NCBI GenBank assembly: GCA_977016875.1
Contig: CDRNST010000020.1
Location: 3,224,001 to 3,288,000, forward strand
Reading direction: 5' to 3'
Length of the DNA stretch: 64,000 nucleotides
DNA from: Pavona decussata
Taxonomy: Eukaryota
The first letter of the stretch is position 1. Each line of letters begins with the position of its first letter. The translations under genes were made by a program, and so were the position numbers. Below are positions 63,937 to 64,000 of the stretch, piece by piece. The notes below the pieces were generated by a model. That model saw only the letters and a program-made list of their open reading frames with translations. It did no database searches and was not told where the DNA came from.

Positions 63937-64000
63937 CGCTATAAGCGGCTTAGTATTACAGACACTTCTTAATCTTAAGAACTCTTGTATGCCATTTGTG

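Overview
Eukaryotic, AT-rich genomic DNA. The repeat families resemble those I recognise from scleractinian corals, but the taxon is an inference. The window is dominated by a cluster of 12 loci of one family of secreted, furin-processed prepropeptides that I cannot name. All share one architecture that the ORF track misses: TATA box, a 6-codon coding exon 1 (MNFKAQ / MNFTAQ / MNTTEK / MSRMVK), a phase-0 GT-AG intron, then exon 2. Exon 2 encodes the rest of the signal peptide, an acidic propeptide built from 1-5 copies of a ~27-aa module, a near-invariant (S/T)AHNRxxR cleavage site, and a basic ~70-aa mature domain with 8 Cys (C-x10/11-C-x9-C-x6-C-x8/11-C-x14-C-x6-CxC). That pattern looks like a cystine-knot cytokine/growth-factor fold. 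Nine loci (A1,B1,C1,D1,A2,B2,C2,D2,A3) lie in a ~21-kb tandem segmental duplication whose breakpoint sits in a Gypsy relic. Three more (E,F,D3) follow on the minus strand. C1 and C2 are pseudogenes, B2 lost Cys1, and F has TGA at Cys7. Intergenic DNA holds MITEs (Kolobok-, Harbinger-, MULE/Academ-like), a Crypton-derived insertion, LINE/Penelope/Gypsy relics, tRNA-derived SINE pieces and microsatellites.
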